NCBI GenBank assembly: GCA_963802375.1
Contig: CAWDIJ010000005.1
Coordinates: forward strand, 280,787 to 344,786
Source: an uncultured Actinomycetes bacterium
Lineage (GTDB): Bacteria > Actinomycetota > Thermoleophilia > Gaiellales > Gaiellaceae
Length of the DNA: 64,000 nucleotides
Direction of reading: 5' to 3'
The translations under genes and the position numbers were made by a program. The notes under the pieces were generated by a model. It saw nothing but the letters and a program-made list of their open reading frames with translations, did not search any database and was not told where the DNA came from. Of the stretch, positions 36,290 through 46,965 are shown one piece after another; the first letter of the stretch is position 1; every line of letters starts with the position of its first letter.

Positions 36290-37034
36290 GCTCCATCGCC
36301 GCCTTCCAGTAGGCGTCAGCGCCGGGGGAGGTGCGGTCGTACGCGATCACCGGCAATCCGTGGCTCGGCGCCTCGGCGATCCGCACGGACCGCGGAACAC
36401 GGGTCTTGAAGAGCAGCGGGCCGAAATGGCGCTCGAGCTCCGACCCTACGTCGGCGGCAAGGTTCGTCCGACCGTCGACCATCGTGAGCAACAGCCCGGC
36501 GATCGTCAGCTTCGGGTTGAGCCTCGCCCGAACCGCCTCGATCGAGCCGAGGATCTGCGCGACGCCCTCGAGTGCGTAGTACTCGGCCTGCACCGGGACG
36601 AGCACCCGGTCGGCTGCAGCGAGCGCGTTCACGGTCAGCGCCCCGAGCGAGGGTGGGCAGTCGAGAAAGACGAACCGGTAGCGGTCGGTCACCCCGGCGA
36701 GCGACTCGGCGAGGAACCTTTCGCCGTCCCCCCGCTGGGCCAGCTCGGCGGCGGCCCCTGCCAAGTCGGTCCGGGCCGGGATCAGCTCCAGGTTCTCGAA
36801 TCGGGTGCGGGACGCCAGGTCGAGGGCCTGCGCGCCGTCGAGGAGGTCGTAGCTCGACGTCCCGTTCGCGCGCTCACCGAGCCCGGAAGTGGCGTTCGCC
36901 TGCGGATCGAGATCGATGAGCAGCGTTCGCTCGCCGGCCTCCGCGAGGCAGGCGGCCAGGTTCACCGCAGTCGTCGTCTTGCCGACGCCGCCCTTCTGGT
37001 TCGCGAGTGCGTAGATGGCCATGCCAACGGCCAA
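36273..37034 (-). CDS. parA: chromosome partitioning ATPase ParA/Soj
   Basis: IYALANQKGGVGKTTTAVNLAA (deviant Walker A), LLIDLDPQ. TTG 37034 or ATG 37022. Confidence 0.9.
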   Translation of the reverse strand: MAVGMAIYALANQKGGVGKTTTAVNLAACLAEAGERTLLIDLDPQANATSGLGERANGTSSYDLLDGAQALDLASRTRFENLELIPARTDLAGAAAELAQRGDGERFLAESLAGVTDRYRFVFLDCPPSLGALTVNALAAADRVLVPVQAEYYALEGVAQILGSIEAVRARLNPKLTIAGLLLTMVDGRTNLAADVGSELERHFGPLLFKTRVPRSVRIAEAPSHGLPVIAYDRTSPGADAYWKAAMELVERA

Positions 37035-37040
37035 CGCTAC

Positions 37041-37541
37041 TCAGGCCAACGGACGTTTCCTGGCCATTCCCGGCCTGCGCGGGAAACCCTCAGGCGTCGC
37101 CGTGAGCTTGGAAATGACGACGAGGCCACCGCGATCCTCGGGCGCTCCTCCGCCGACGAGCTCCGCAACTCGTGCGATTGCTTCCAGGTCGGCGGTCGGC
37201 CCGAGCCAGAGCACCGCCGCTCCGCCTGGACGAACGAGCGGGAGTAGCCATTCCGCCGCTACCGGTGGCGGCGCGAGCGCCTTGGCCACGGCGACACCGA
37301 AGCGATCCGTCTCTTGCTCCTCGGCGCGGCCCCAAACCACCTCGAGGTTCGGCAGCCACTTGCGCCACCGCTCGAGGAACTCCGCCTTCCGCCGCTCGGC
37401 CTCGATGAGCGTGACCCGCCGGTCGCGCAGAGCCGCGGCCAACGGGATGCCGGGTGCACCTCCTCCGGAACCCACGTCGACCACCGGACCCTCGAGGGCC
37501 CGCACGACCTCGACGCCTCGCAAGCTGTCCTCGAGCAGCAT
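37041..37541 (-). CDS. rsmG: 16S rRNA (guanine527-N7)-methyltransferase
   Basis: VVDVGSGGGAPGIPLA, RRKAEFL. ATG 37541 is the first canonical start, but the frame is open upstream and encodes the family-typical LEDWIRAVVETAGLTSINDPAEARR segment back to the jag stop. Confidence 0.85.
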   Translation of the reverse strand: MLLEDSLRGVEVVRALEGPVVDVGSGGGAPGIPLAAALRDRRVTLIEAERRKAEFLERWRKWLPNLEVVWGRAEEQETDRFGVAVAKALAPPPVAAEWLLPLVRPGGAAVLWLGPTADLEAIARVAELVGGGAPEDRGGLVVISKLTATPEGFPRRPGMARKRPLA

Positions 37542-37611
37542 CCGCCGGGCCTCGGCGGGATCGTTGATCGAGGTCAGGCCGGCGGTCTCGACAACCGCGC
37601 GGATCCAGTCC

Positions 37612-38298
37612 TCAAGAACTGGGAAAGACGACGACGAAGCGATTCGGCTCGGTCCCCTCGCTGGTCGTCTCGACCCCGGGTGCGTCCTTGAGCTCGATGT
37701 GGACGATCTTCCGCTCGACCGCGGTCATCGGCTCGAGCTCGACGCGATCGCCACGCCGCAGCGCGTCGTCCGCGGCCCGGCGCGCCATCGCACCGAGCGA
37801 CGCCTCTCGCCGGGCCCGGTACCCCGCGGCATCCACGATCGCCGGTGTTCCCGGCAGCCGGCGGGCCAGAATCGCGTTCACGAGGTACTGCACGCCGTCG
37901 ATCGTCTGGCCATGGCGTCCGATCAGCAGGCCGAGATCGCGACCGGAGCATGTGGCCACGACGGCGTCCTCCCGCTCGTGGATGTCGATACGGCACTGAA
38001 CCCCCATCCCGGCCGTGATGTGCGCGACCAGCTCGCGTACGAGAGATGCGACCTCGCTCTCGTCCGCCGGCGGCTCCTCGTCGGGCACGGTCGCCGCGCC
38101 GTCCTCGTCGACCGTCGCAACCACTCGGGCCGGCGAGTAGCCGACGCCGAGCAGGCCGCGCTCGCCCTCCGCGACCACCTGGAAGTGCACCGCCGACTTG
38201 TCCAGACCGGGACTGAGCCGCTCGAGCTCACGAACAGCCGCCCACTTCGCCTCGCCAACGGTCTCGCCCGTCGCCTCGACGCTGAGCTCCGCGGTCAC
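37612..38298 (-). CDS. jag: Jag/KhpB-like RNA-binding protein (KH + R3H domains)
   Basis: GTG 38298 in a GTGA overlap with the yidC stop. LLIGRHGQTIDGVQYLVN (KH) and ERKIVHIEL (R3H) motifs. Conserved position after yidC. Confidence 0.85.
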   Translation of the reverse strand: MTAELSVEATGETVGEAKWAAVRELERLSPGLDKSAVHFQVVAEGERGLLGVGYSPARVVATVDEDGAATVPDEEPPADESEVASLVRELVAHITAGMGVQCRIDIHEREDAVVATCSGRDLGLLIGRHGQTIDGVQYLVNAILARRLPGTPAIVDAAGYRARREASLGAMARRAADDALRRGDRVELEPMTAVERKIVHIELKDAPGVETTSEGTEPNRFVVVFPSS

Positions 38299-39143
38299 CT
38301 CCTGGCGCCCCTCTTTTTCTTCTTCCGCTTGACCCGGCGAGCCTGTCCCTGAGGCGTATGTGCCTGCGCTGCGGCCTCCGGCTCGGCAGGAGCTGCGCCG
38401 TCCTCCTGCTCGCTCTTGGGAGGCGTCCGCGACGAGCGCTTCACCGGCTCGGGGGCAGCCTTCGCGCGCAGGCCGCGCGTGACGATCCCCTGCCCGACCG
38501 TCCAGAGGTTCGTCGTCATCCAGTAGATCAGCAGCCCGACCGGGAAGACCGTGCCGCCGGGCGGATCGAGGATGAAGATCGCGAAGATGAACGGCAGGAC
38601 GAGGAAGATGATGCGCTGGCCCCTGCTCTGCGTCGGCATGAACCAGGTCGACGCCACCTGGCTGGCCACATAGACGGCAAGTAGCACGTAGCCGGACCAG
38701 TGCGCCGTGATGTTCGCGGTGATGTCTGGGACGAACTGGAGCCAGCCGAGATCCGACGCCGGGTACTCCGGATAGATCTCCTCGTCGAAGTCCCGCAGCA
38801 CGAAGTACAACGCGAAGAAGATCGGGATCTGCGGGATGATCGGCAGGCACGAGGAGGCCGGATTGATCTGGTTCTCCTTGTAGAACTTCATCAGCTCTTC
38901 GTTCTGCTTTCGGCGGTCGTTCTTGAAGCGCTTCTGGATCGCCTTCATTTCCGGCAGGTGCTCCTGCATCCGCTGCATCGAGTGGATCTGGCGAACGGTG
39001 AGCGGGACGAGCAGCATGCGGACGGCGATCGTCAGCGCCACGATCGACCAGGCCCAGGTAAGTCCGAGCGTCGTGTGGAGCCACTCGAGCGCCCACGTGA
39101 GGACGTCCTCGATCGGCGTGAGGATGCTGAGAAACCCGATCAT
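38295..39143 (-). CDS. yidC: membrane protein insertase YidC (short, Gram-positive type)
   Basis: ATG 39143 (ATGA overlap with the yidD stop). MLLVPLTVRQ, MKAIQ...NP..SCLP, LLIYW motifs, with a basic C-terminal tail. Confidence 0.9.
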   Translation of the reverse strand: MIGFLSILTPIEDVLTWALEWLHTTLGLTWAWSIVALTIAVRMLLVPLTVRQIHSMQRMQEHLPEMKAIQKRFKNDRRKQNEELMKFYKENQINPASSCLPIIPQIPIFFALYFVLRDFDEEIYPEYPASDLGWLQFVPDITANITAHWSGYVLLAVYVASQVASTWFMPTQSRGQRIIFLVLPFIFAIFILDPPGGTVFPVGLLIYWMTTNLWTVGQGIVTRGLRAKAAPEPVKRSSRTPPKSEQEDGAAPAEPEAAAQAHTPQGQARRVKRKKKKRGARR

Positions 39144-39367
39144 CGAAGCAGCCGCTGGTCCTCGGCCTTGTCCACGCCGCCGTGGCTCCATGGGTTGCAG
39201 CGGAGCAGCCGCCAGCCTGCGAGGATCGACCCGCGCACGAGCCCGTACCGGCGCAGGGCGTCCAGCGCGTACTGCGAGCAAGACGGGTGGTACTTGCAGG
39301 TCGCCGGAAACAGCGCTCCGAGCGTGTAGCGGTAGGCGTAGACGCCTGCGATCCCGACGTACCTCAT
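39140..39367 (-). CDS. yidD: membrane protein insertion efficiency factor YidD
   Basis: CKYHPSCSQYALDAL...RCNPWSHGGVD. Confidence 0.9.
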   Translation of the reverse strand: MRYVGIAGVYAYRYTLGALFPATCKYHPSCSQYALDALRRYGLVRGSILAGWRLLRCNPWSHGGVDKAEDQRLLR

Positions 39368-39714
39368 GCGCGTGCCTTGCCCAGGACTTCCTCGAGGCGC
39401 TCGCGCATCCAGTCGGCGCCGCGGCTCTCCTCGGCCTCGCCGAGCGGCGCGCGGACCAGCAGCACGTAGTCGGTCCCCGGCGGCACTTCGTCGAGGAGCT
39501 CACGCCAGCCTTCGCGAAGACGCCGCTTGATCCGGTTTCGCGTCACGGCGCTGCCGATCTTCTTCGGGATCGCGATCCCGAGACGAACGTCACCGTCCCC
39601 GTCGCCCTCTCGGTCGAACCGGTAGAGGACGAGATAACGCGTCGAGACGGACCGGCCGTGCCGGTAGACGGCGTCGAAGTCGCGCGAGCGTGAAAGACGG
39701 TTGCGACGTTGCAC
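39364..39714 (-). CDS. rnpA: ribonuclease P protein component
   Basis: RLSRSRDFDAV...AVTRNRIKRRLRE (RNR motif). Lies between rpmH and yidD. Confidence 0.9.
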   Translation of the reverse strand: MQRRNRLSRSRDFDAVYRHGRSVSTRYLVLYRFDREGDGDGDVRLGIAIPKKIGSAVTRNRIKRRLREGWRELLDEVPPGTDYVLLVRAPLGEAEESRGADWMRERLEEVLGKARA

Positions 39715-39737
39715 GGCGGCGGGCTTCTCGCCGCCGG

Positions 39738-39872
39738 CTAGGCGGAGAGCCGCTTCCGCCCGCGCGCGCGCCGCCGCTTGAGGATGGCGCGGCCGGCCTT
39801 GGAAGACATCCGCTGCCGGAAGCCGTGACGCCGCTTCCGTCTACGCACGTTGGGCTGGTAGGTCCGTTTCAC
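39738..39872 (-). CDS. rpmH: 50S ribosomal protein L34
   Basis: GTG 39872 gives [44 protein letters not shown] (44 aa). Confidence 0.9.
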   Translation of the reverse strand: MKRTYQPNVRRRKRRHGFRQRMSSKAGRAILKRRRARGRKRLSA

Positions 39873-39945
39873 AGTCCGAATGAAAGGGTGGGACGCGCCT
39901 CGATCGGGGCGCGGCGCCAGTATAGAGAGACAATCTCGTATCAGT

Positions 39946-40066
39946 TTTTCCACAGCCTGAACGGGCAACACGCCGGACGAAAACGTCCTGCGAGTCAGGC
40001 GTTTTCCCCAATGAATACAGGTCAAGATCTGCCGCTTTCCACACCTGTGGAGGGTCCTGTGGACAT
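39946..40066. promoter_or_regulatory. DnaA-box cluster in the rpmH-dnaA spacer (dnaA promoter / origin-associated)
   Basis: TTTTCCACA (39946-39954), CTTTCCACA (40035-40043), TGTGGAGGG (40046-40054) and TGTGGACAT (40058-40066) compared with consensus TT(A/G)TCCACA. The segment is locally AT-richer. Confidence 0.5.
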
Positions 40067-40194
40067 TGAGGAAATCCCTGCAAATTGGCGGGTTTTTGGC
40101 CATTTGGAGACTCCCGCGAAGGCTTTGAACCGCGTCCGCGACGCTGCTATGCTCGCCACTTTCCGGCAGCGCGAGGGAGGAACGAACAGTCAGC

Positions 40195-41547
40195 GTGAAG
40201 CGCCAGCAGTTGCTCACTGCAGAGGATCTGTGGACCGAGGTTTCGGAGCGCCTGCGGGCAGCCCTCAACGATAAGACCTACCGCACCTGGTTCTCCCAGG
40301 CGGAGGGTCTCGACCTGTCGGACCAGTCGTTCGTCCTCTCCGTCCCCAACGACTTCACCCGCGAGTGGATCGAGAGCCACTTTCTCGGGCTGATCAACGC
40401 AGCCGTCCGAGATGCGACGGGACACGAGCGGCGCATCAAGCTTTCCGTAAGCCATGTCGAGAACGGTGGCGGGGCCGGGCCGGAGGAGAAGGCCGAGGTC
40501 GAGGACCCGCCTCGGATCGAGGGGTTGAACGAGAAGTACACGTTCGACTCGTTCGTCATCGGCTCGTCGAATCGCTTTGCTCACGCGGCCGCGCTGGCCG
40601 TGGCAGAGGCACCGGCCCAGGCGTACAACCCCCTCTTCATCTACGGCGGCACCGGGCTCGGGAAGACGCACCTCCTTCAGGCGATCGGCCACTACATCGG
40701 CGAGCACTCGAGGGACCTGTCCGTCTGTTACGTGACGAGCGAGCGCTTCATGAACGACTTCATCAACTCGCTTCGCGACAAGCGGATCGAGGGCTTTAAA
40801 CAGCGCTACCGCACGTTCGGCGTCCTCCTGATCGACGACATCCAGTTCCTCGAGCACAAAGAGCGGATCCAGGAGGAGTTCTTCCACACGTTCAACACGC
40901 TCTACGAGGCCGGTAAGCAGATCGTGATCTCGTCGGACCGCCCTCCACGCCAGATCGCGACGCTGGAGCAACGACTTCGCTCGCGCTTCGAGTGGGGCCT
41001 GATGACGGACATCCAACCGCCTGACCTCGAGACCCGGATCGCGATCCTGCAGAAGAAGGTGCGCACGGACGGGATCCAGGTCGCGGACCCACAACTCCTC
41101 ACGTTCATCGCCGGCCGGGTTTCGACCAACATCCGTGAGCTCGAAGGCGCGCTTACGCGGGTCGTGGCCTTCTCCTCACTGACGGGGCGCCCGATGACCG
41201 TCGACCTGGCCCGAGACGTCCTTCGCGACGTCTTCCCCCAGGGGGAAGCCGCGCAAGTCTCGATCGAGCGGATCCAGGACGAGGTTTCAGAGCGCTTCGG
41301 TCTCTCCAAGGAGGAGCTGATCGGCGACCGGCGCTCGCAGAACATCGTCTATCCACGACAGGTCGCGATGTACCTCTCGCGCGAGCTCACGGATTCGTCG
41401 CTCCCACGCATCGGTAGGCACTTCGGCGGGCGCGACCACACGACGGTCATCCACGCGACCTCGAAGATCGCTCGGCTGATTCGCGAGGATCGCTCTGTGT
41501 ACAACCTTGTGCAGGAGTTGACCGCGCGCGTCAAGCAGGCCGGGTAA
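40195..41547 (+). CDS. dnaA: chromosomal replication initiator protein DnaA
   Basis: [21 protein letters not shown] (Walker A), [10 protein letters not shown]-terminal DNA-binding [16 protein letters not shown] start. Confidence 0.95.
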   Translation: MKRQQLLTAEDLWTEVSERLRAALNDKTYRTWFSQAEGLDLSDQSFVLSVPNDFTREWIESHFLGLINAAVRDATGHERRIKLSVSHVENGGGAGPEEKAEVEDPPRIEGLNEKYTFDSFVIGSSNRFAHAAALAVAEAPAQAYNPLFIYGGTGLGKTHLLQAIGHYIGEHSRDLSVCYVTSERFMNDFINSLRDKRIEGFKQRYRTFGVLLIDDIQFLEHKERIQEEFFHTFNTLYEAGKQIVISSDRPPRQIATLEQRLRSRFEWGLMTDIQPPDLETRIAILQKKVRTDGIQVADPQLLTFIAGRVSTNIRELEGALTRVVAFSSLTGRPMTVDLARDVLRDVFPQGEAAQVSIERIQDEVSERFGLSKEELIGDRRSQNIVYPRQVAMYLSRELTDSSLPRIGRHFGGRDHTTVIHATSKIARLIREDRSVYNLVQELTARVKQAG

Positions 41548-41704
41548 AACTGTGGATGTCTTGAGCGCTTCTCGCGAACCCTGTGCAAAGCGGCTGTTTG
41601 TCCCCCGCCTGTGTCCCCAGGCAGATCACGCTTACCGAGCCGAACTCCGCCGTCTTCCCCGGGATCCACACTCCCTACAACTACTACAAGCTTTTTCTTT
41701 CTAA
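41548..41704. other. candidate oriC segment (dnaA-dnaN spacer)
   Basis: DnaA-box-like TGTGGATGT (41551-41559) and GGATCCACA (41662-41670), then an AT-rich stretch CTACAACTACTACAAGCTTTTTCTTTCTAAATG (about 41675-41707). Actinobacterial origins typically lie here. Confidence 0.4.
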
Positions 41705-42835
41705 ATGCTAGAAGCAGAGACTGTGGTTCAAGGCACGTCGTTGAAGCTCTCGGTTTCACGAGAGGAACTGACCCGTCAGGTTGGCGTCGTGTCGCGAGCT
41801 GCCTCCACGCGAACGACCGTGCAGGTGCTCGCCGGGTTGCTGCTTCGCGCCGGCGAAGGAAGGCTGGAGCTCGCTGCGACCGATATGGAGATCTCGCTGC
41901 GCTCCTCGTTGGAAGCGAACGTGGAGTCAGAGGGTGCGGTCGTCGTGCCAAGCAAGCTGTTGGCTGACCTGGTGCGGCTCCTCCCGGGAGACGACGTGTC
42001 GATCGAGCATCGCTCCGGCGAAGGCGTCGTGGAGATCGTCAGCGGTGCTGCGACGTACCGGTTACACACCTACAACGCCGAGGATTTTCCGCGATTGCCA
42101 GAGGCGTCCACGGTGGAGCCGATGTCCGTGGATACGGATGCGCTGCTCGAGACAGCGGCTCGCGTCAGTCGCGCAGCGTCGCGGGACGAGTCACGGCCGG
42201 TCTTGACCGGGATCCTCGTTCGCTTCGAAGGCGAGAAGCTCGTCATGGCGGCGACAGACTCATATCGCCTCGCCGTCAAGGAGACGTCCATGGGCTCGAG
42301 TGGCCCAGAGCTTGATGCGATCGTGCCGGCGCGCGCGCTCGGTGAGCTGACGCGGATCACCCAGGGCGAGGGCCTCGAGATCGGCGTGCTCGAGAACCAG
42401 GTGATCTTCACGACCGACGGCGTGCTTCTCACGACCCGGCGCATCGAGGGCCAGTTTCCGAACTACCGGCAGCTTCTGCCGGAGACGTTTGAGCACGAGT
42501 TGGCGCTCAACCGCGACGAGCTGCTCGAAGTCGTCCGGCGTGTGTCGGTGATGGCGCAGCGGAACGCGCCCATCCGTCTGCGGTTTGCCGAGGGCGAGCT
42601 CACGGTGTCGGCGCAGACGCAGGACGTCGGCGAGGCGCGCGAGACGATGCCGGCGCCGTTCTCCGCGGAGCCGCTCGAGATCGGCTTCAACCCCGACTTC
42701 CTGCGGGACGGCATCGAGTCCGTCGAGGGCGACGAGGTGCGTCTGAAGCTGATCAGCTCACTCCGCCCGGCTGTGATCCAAGGCGAAGGCGACGATTTCT
42801 CGTACCTGATCATGCCGATCCGCCTCGCCGGCTAG
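41705..42835 (+). CDS. dnaN: DNA polymerase III beta sliding clamp
   Basis: Three-domain clamp and typical position. In-frame alternatives are GTG 41723 and TTG 41741 (the latter gives MKLSVSREEL). Confidence 0.9.
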   Translation: MLEAETVVQGTSLKLSVSREELTRQVGVVSRAASTRTTVQVLAGLLLRAGEGRLELAATDMEISLRSSLEANVESEGAVVVPSKLLADLVRLLPGDDVSIEHRSGEGVVEIVSGAATYRLHTYNAEDFPRLPEASTVEPMSVDTDALLETAARVSRAASRDESRPVLTGILVRFEGEKLVMAATDSYRLAVKETSMGSSGPELDAIVPARALGELTRITQGEGLEIGVLENQVIFTTDGVLLTTRRIEGQFPNYRQLLPETFEHELALNRDELLEVVRRVSVMAQRNAPIRLRFAEGELTVSAQTQDVGEARETMPAPFSAEPLEIGFNPDFLRDGIESVEGDEVRLKLISSLRPAVIQGEGDDFSYLIMPIRLAG

Positions 42836-42840
42836 CCGGG

Positions 42841-43905
42841 CTGATCGTCGAGACGCTCTCGCTCCGCGACTACCGCTCGTACTCGCGCCTCGAGCTCGAG
42901 CTTGAACGCGGGCTCGTGCTTGCAGTCGGGCCGAACGGCGCGGGCAAGACGAACCTGCTCGAGAGCCTCCATCTGGCGACACAGGGCTTCTCGCCGAGGA
43001 CGCGGACCGACGCGCAGCTGATCCGCTTCGGCGCCGACGCGTCTCGCGTGGTGGTGGCCGGTGAGCACGGCGGGTCGCCTGTCGAGGTCGAGGTGAGGCT
43101 CAAGAGCGGCGAGGCAAAGCGGGCGCGGCTGAACGGCGCTGCACTGCGGGCCGCGGAGGAGCTCCGCACGCGGCTTCCGACGCTCGTCTTCACACCGGAC
43201 CGGCTGTCGATCGTGAAGGGCGGCCCCGCGGTGCGCCGCGCCTACTTCGACCGCTCGCTCGGACGGCTCTTCCCAAGCAGGTCTGCGGCCTCGACCGACT
43301 ACGGGTCCGCGCTTGCGCAGCGAAACGGCGCTCTCAGGAGGGTTGCCGCCGGCTTCTCGACGACAGAGGCGCTCGAGCCCTGGACGACCCGGGTGTCGGA
43401 CCTGGGCGCTGTGCTCGTTGTTGCCCGCCGCGAGCTCGTCCGGATGCTCTCGCCGGTGTTTGAGGCCGTTGCCGGGGAGCTTCGGCTCGAGGACGCCGAG
43501 CTGACGTACGAGGGCGAGCCCGTTAGCGCCAAGGAGCTCGATGCACGGCTCGACCAGGACCTCGCGCGGGGTTTCACGGGGATGGGGCCGCACCTGCACG
43601 ACGTCGCGGTGGTAGCCGGAGACCGCGATCTCCGGAGCTTTGGCTCGCAGGGCGAGCAGCGGCTCGCAGTGCTGTCGCTACTGCTCGCGGAGGCGGATCT
43701 CCTCGCCGAGCGTGGTCCCGCCCCGCCGCTCCTACTCCTGGACGACGTGCTTTCGGAGCTCGATCCCGAGCGCCGGGCGACTCTCGCGGCCCGGGTGCGG
43801 CAAGCCGGCGGCCAGGCGCTGCTGACCGCAACTTCCGCGGCGGCACTGCCTGACACGCCGGACCTCCTCGTCGAGGTCAAGCCTGGCTCGGCGGTGCCTG
43901 CGTGA
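42841..43905 (+). CDS. recF: DNA replication/repair protein RecF
   Basis: LIVETLSLRDYRSY...GPNGAGKTNLLE (Walker A)...GSQGEQR (signature)...LLLLDDV. The conserved N-terminal strand is only included if translation starts at CTG 42841, 5 nt after the dnaN stop. The first canonical start is GTG 42916. Confidence 0.8.
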   Translation: MIVETLSLRDYRSYSRLELELERGLVLAVGPNGAGKTNLLESLHLATQGFSPRTRTDAQLIRFGADASRVVVAGEHGGSPVEVEVRLKSGEAKRARLNGAALRAAEELRTRLPTLVFTPDRLSIVKGGPAVRRAYFDRSLGRLFPSRSAASTDYGSALAQRNGALRRVAAGFSTTEALEPWTTRVSDLGAVLVVARRELVRMLSPVFEAVAGELRLEDAELTYEGEPVSAKELDARLDQDLARGFTGMGPHLHDVAVVAGDRDLRSFGSQGEQRLAVLSLLLAEADLLAERGPAPPLLLLDDVLSELDPERRATLAARVRQAGGQALLTATSAAALPDTPDLLVEVKPGSAVPA

Positions 43906-44369
43906 AGCCCGAGCGCATCGGCCGGGATGTTCGGCGTGAGCTCGACCGGTTCGGGCCGGCCGGAGCCATCGCCGACGTCGTCGCCGTCTGGCCGGACGCG
44001 GTCGGCGACTCGATCTCGCGGAACGCCTGGCCCGCTCGCATCGCCCGCGACGGAACGCTCCACGTGTCGACGAGCTCCTCCGCATGGGCATTCGAGCTCG
44101 GGCTGCTCCAGGCCGACCTCCAACAGCGGCTTGCCGAGCAGCTTGGAGACCGGGCTCCGACGCAGCTCCGGTTTGCGCCCGGACGGCTCCCGGAGCCCCC
44201 CGCGCCCGACGCCGGCGACGTCGCTCGACGCGCCCCCGAAGTCACCGAGCAGCACCTGCAAGCCGGGGAGGAAGTGGCAGCGGCGATCTCGGATGAAAAT
44301 CTGCGCAAACTTGTCGCGAAAGCGGCCGCGGCAAGCCTCGCCAAGCCGTCGGACGACCGCTCTGTCTGA
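43902..44369 (+). CDS. DUF721 domain protein (DciA-like, position of mycobacterial Rv0004)
   Basis: GTG in a GTGA overlap with the recF stop. VWPDAVG...PARIARDGTLHVSTSSSAWAFEL is the DUF721 core. Conserved recF-DUF721-gyrB synteny. Confidence 0.75.
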   Translation: MKPERIGRDVRRELDRFGPAGAIADVVAVWPDAVGDSISRNAWPARIARDGTLHVSTSSSAWAFELGLLQADLQQRLAEQLGDRAPTQLRFAPGRLPEPPAPDAGDVARRAPEVTEQHLQAGEEVAAAISDENLRKLVAKAAAASLAKPSDDRSV

Positions 44370-44375
44370 TAGACT
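44367..44375 (+). promoter_or_regulatory. extended -10 promoter candidate (TGATAGACT)
   Basis: TGnTAnnnT pattern overlapping the DUF721 stop codon. The predicted start site falls at the base of the hairpin that follows. Confidence 0.3.
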
Positions 44376-44381
44376 GTCATC

Positions 44382-46810
<2,429 letters not shown>

Positions 46811-46901
46811 GATGGCCCCCACCTCGCCACCTCGCACTCACCGAGGCGCTGCAAACCGCCGCCTCGCCGCGTCCTCAGCCGCGCCCGCAGCCTCCGGCTA
46901 C

Positions 46902-46940
46902 GAACGCGGCCTGCGTCCTTGCGACGCGGGGTTTTCGCGG
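46902..46940 (+). repeat. short dispersed repeat block shared with the nfeD-stomatin spacer
   Basis: GAACGCGGCCTGCGTCC...GGGGTTTTCGCGG compared with GAACGCGGCCTGAGTCC...GGGGCTTTTCGCG at 51592-51623. It also folds as a hairpin (CCTGCGTC/GACGCGGG) followed by a T4 run. Confidence 0.6.
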
Positions 46941-46965
46941 TCGGTGAGCACGATCTGTCGAGGCG

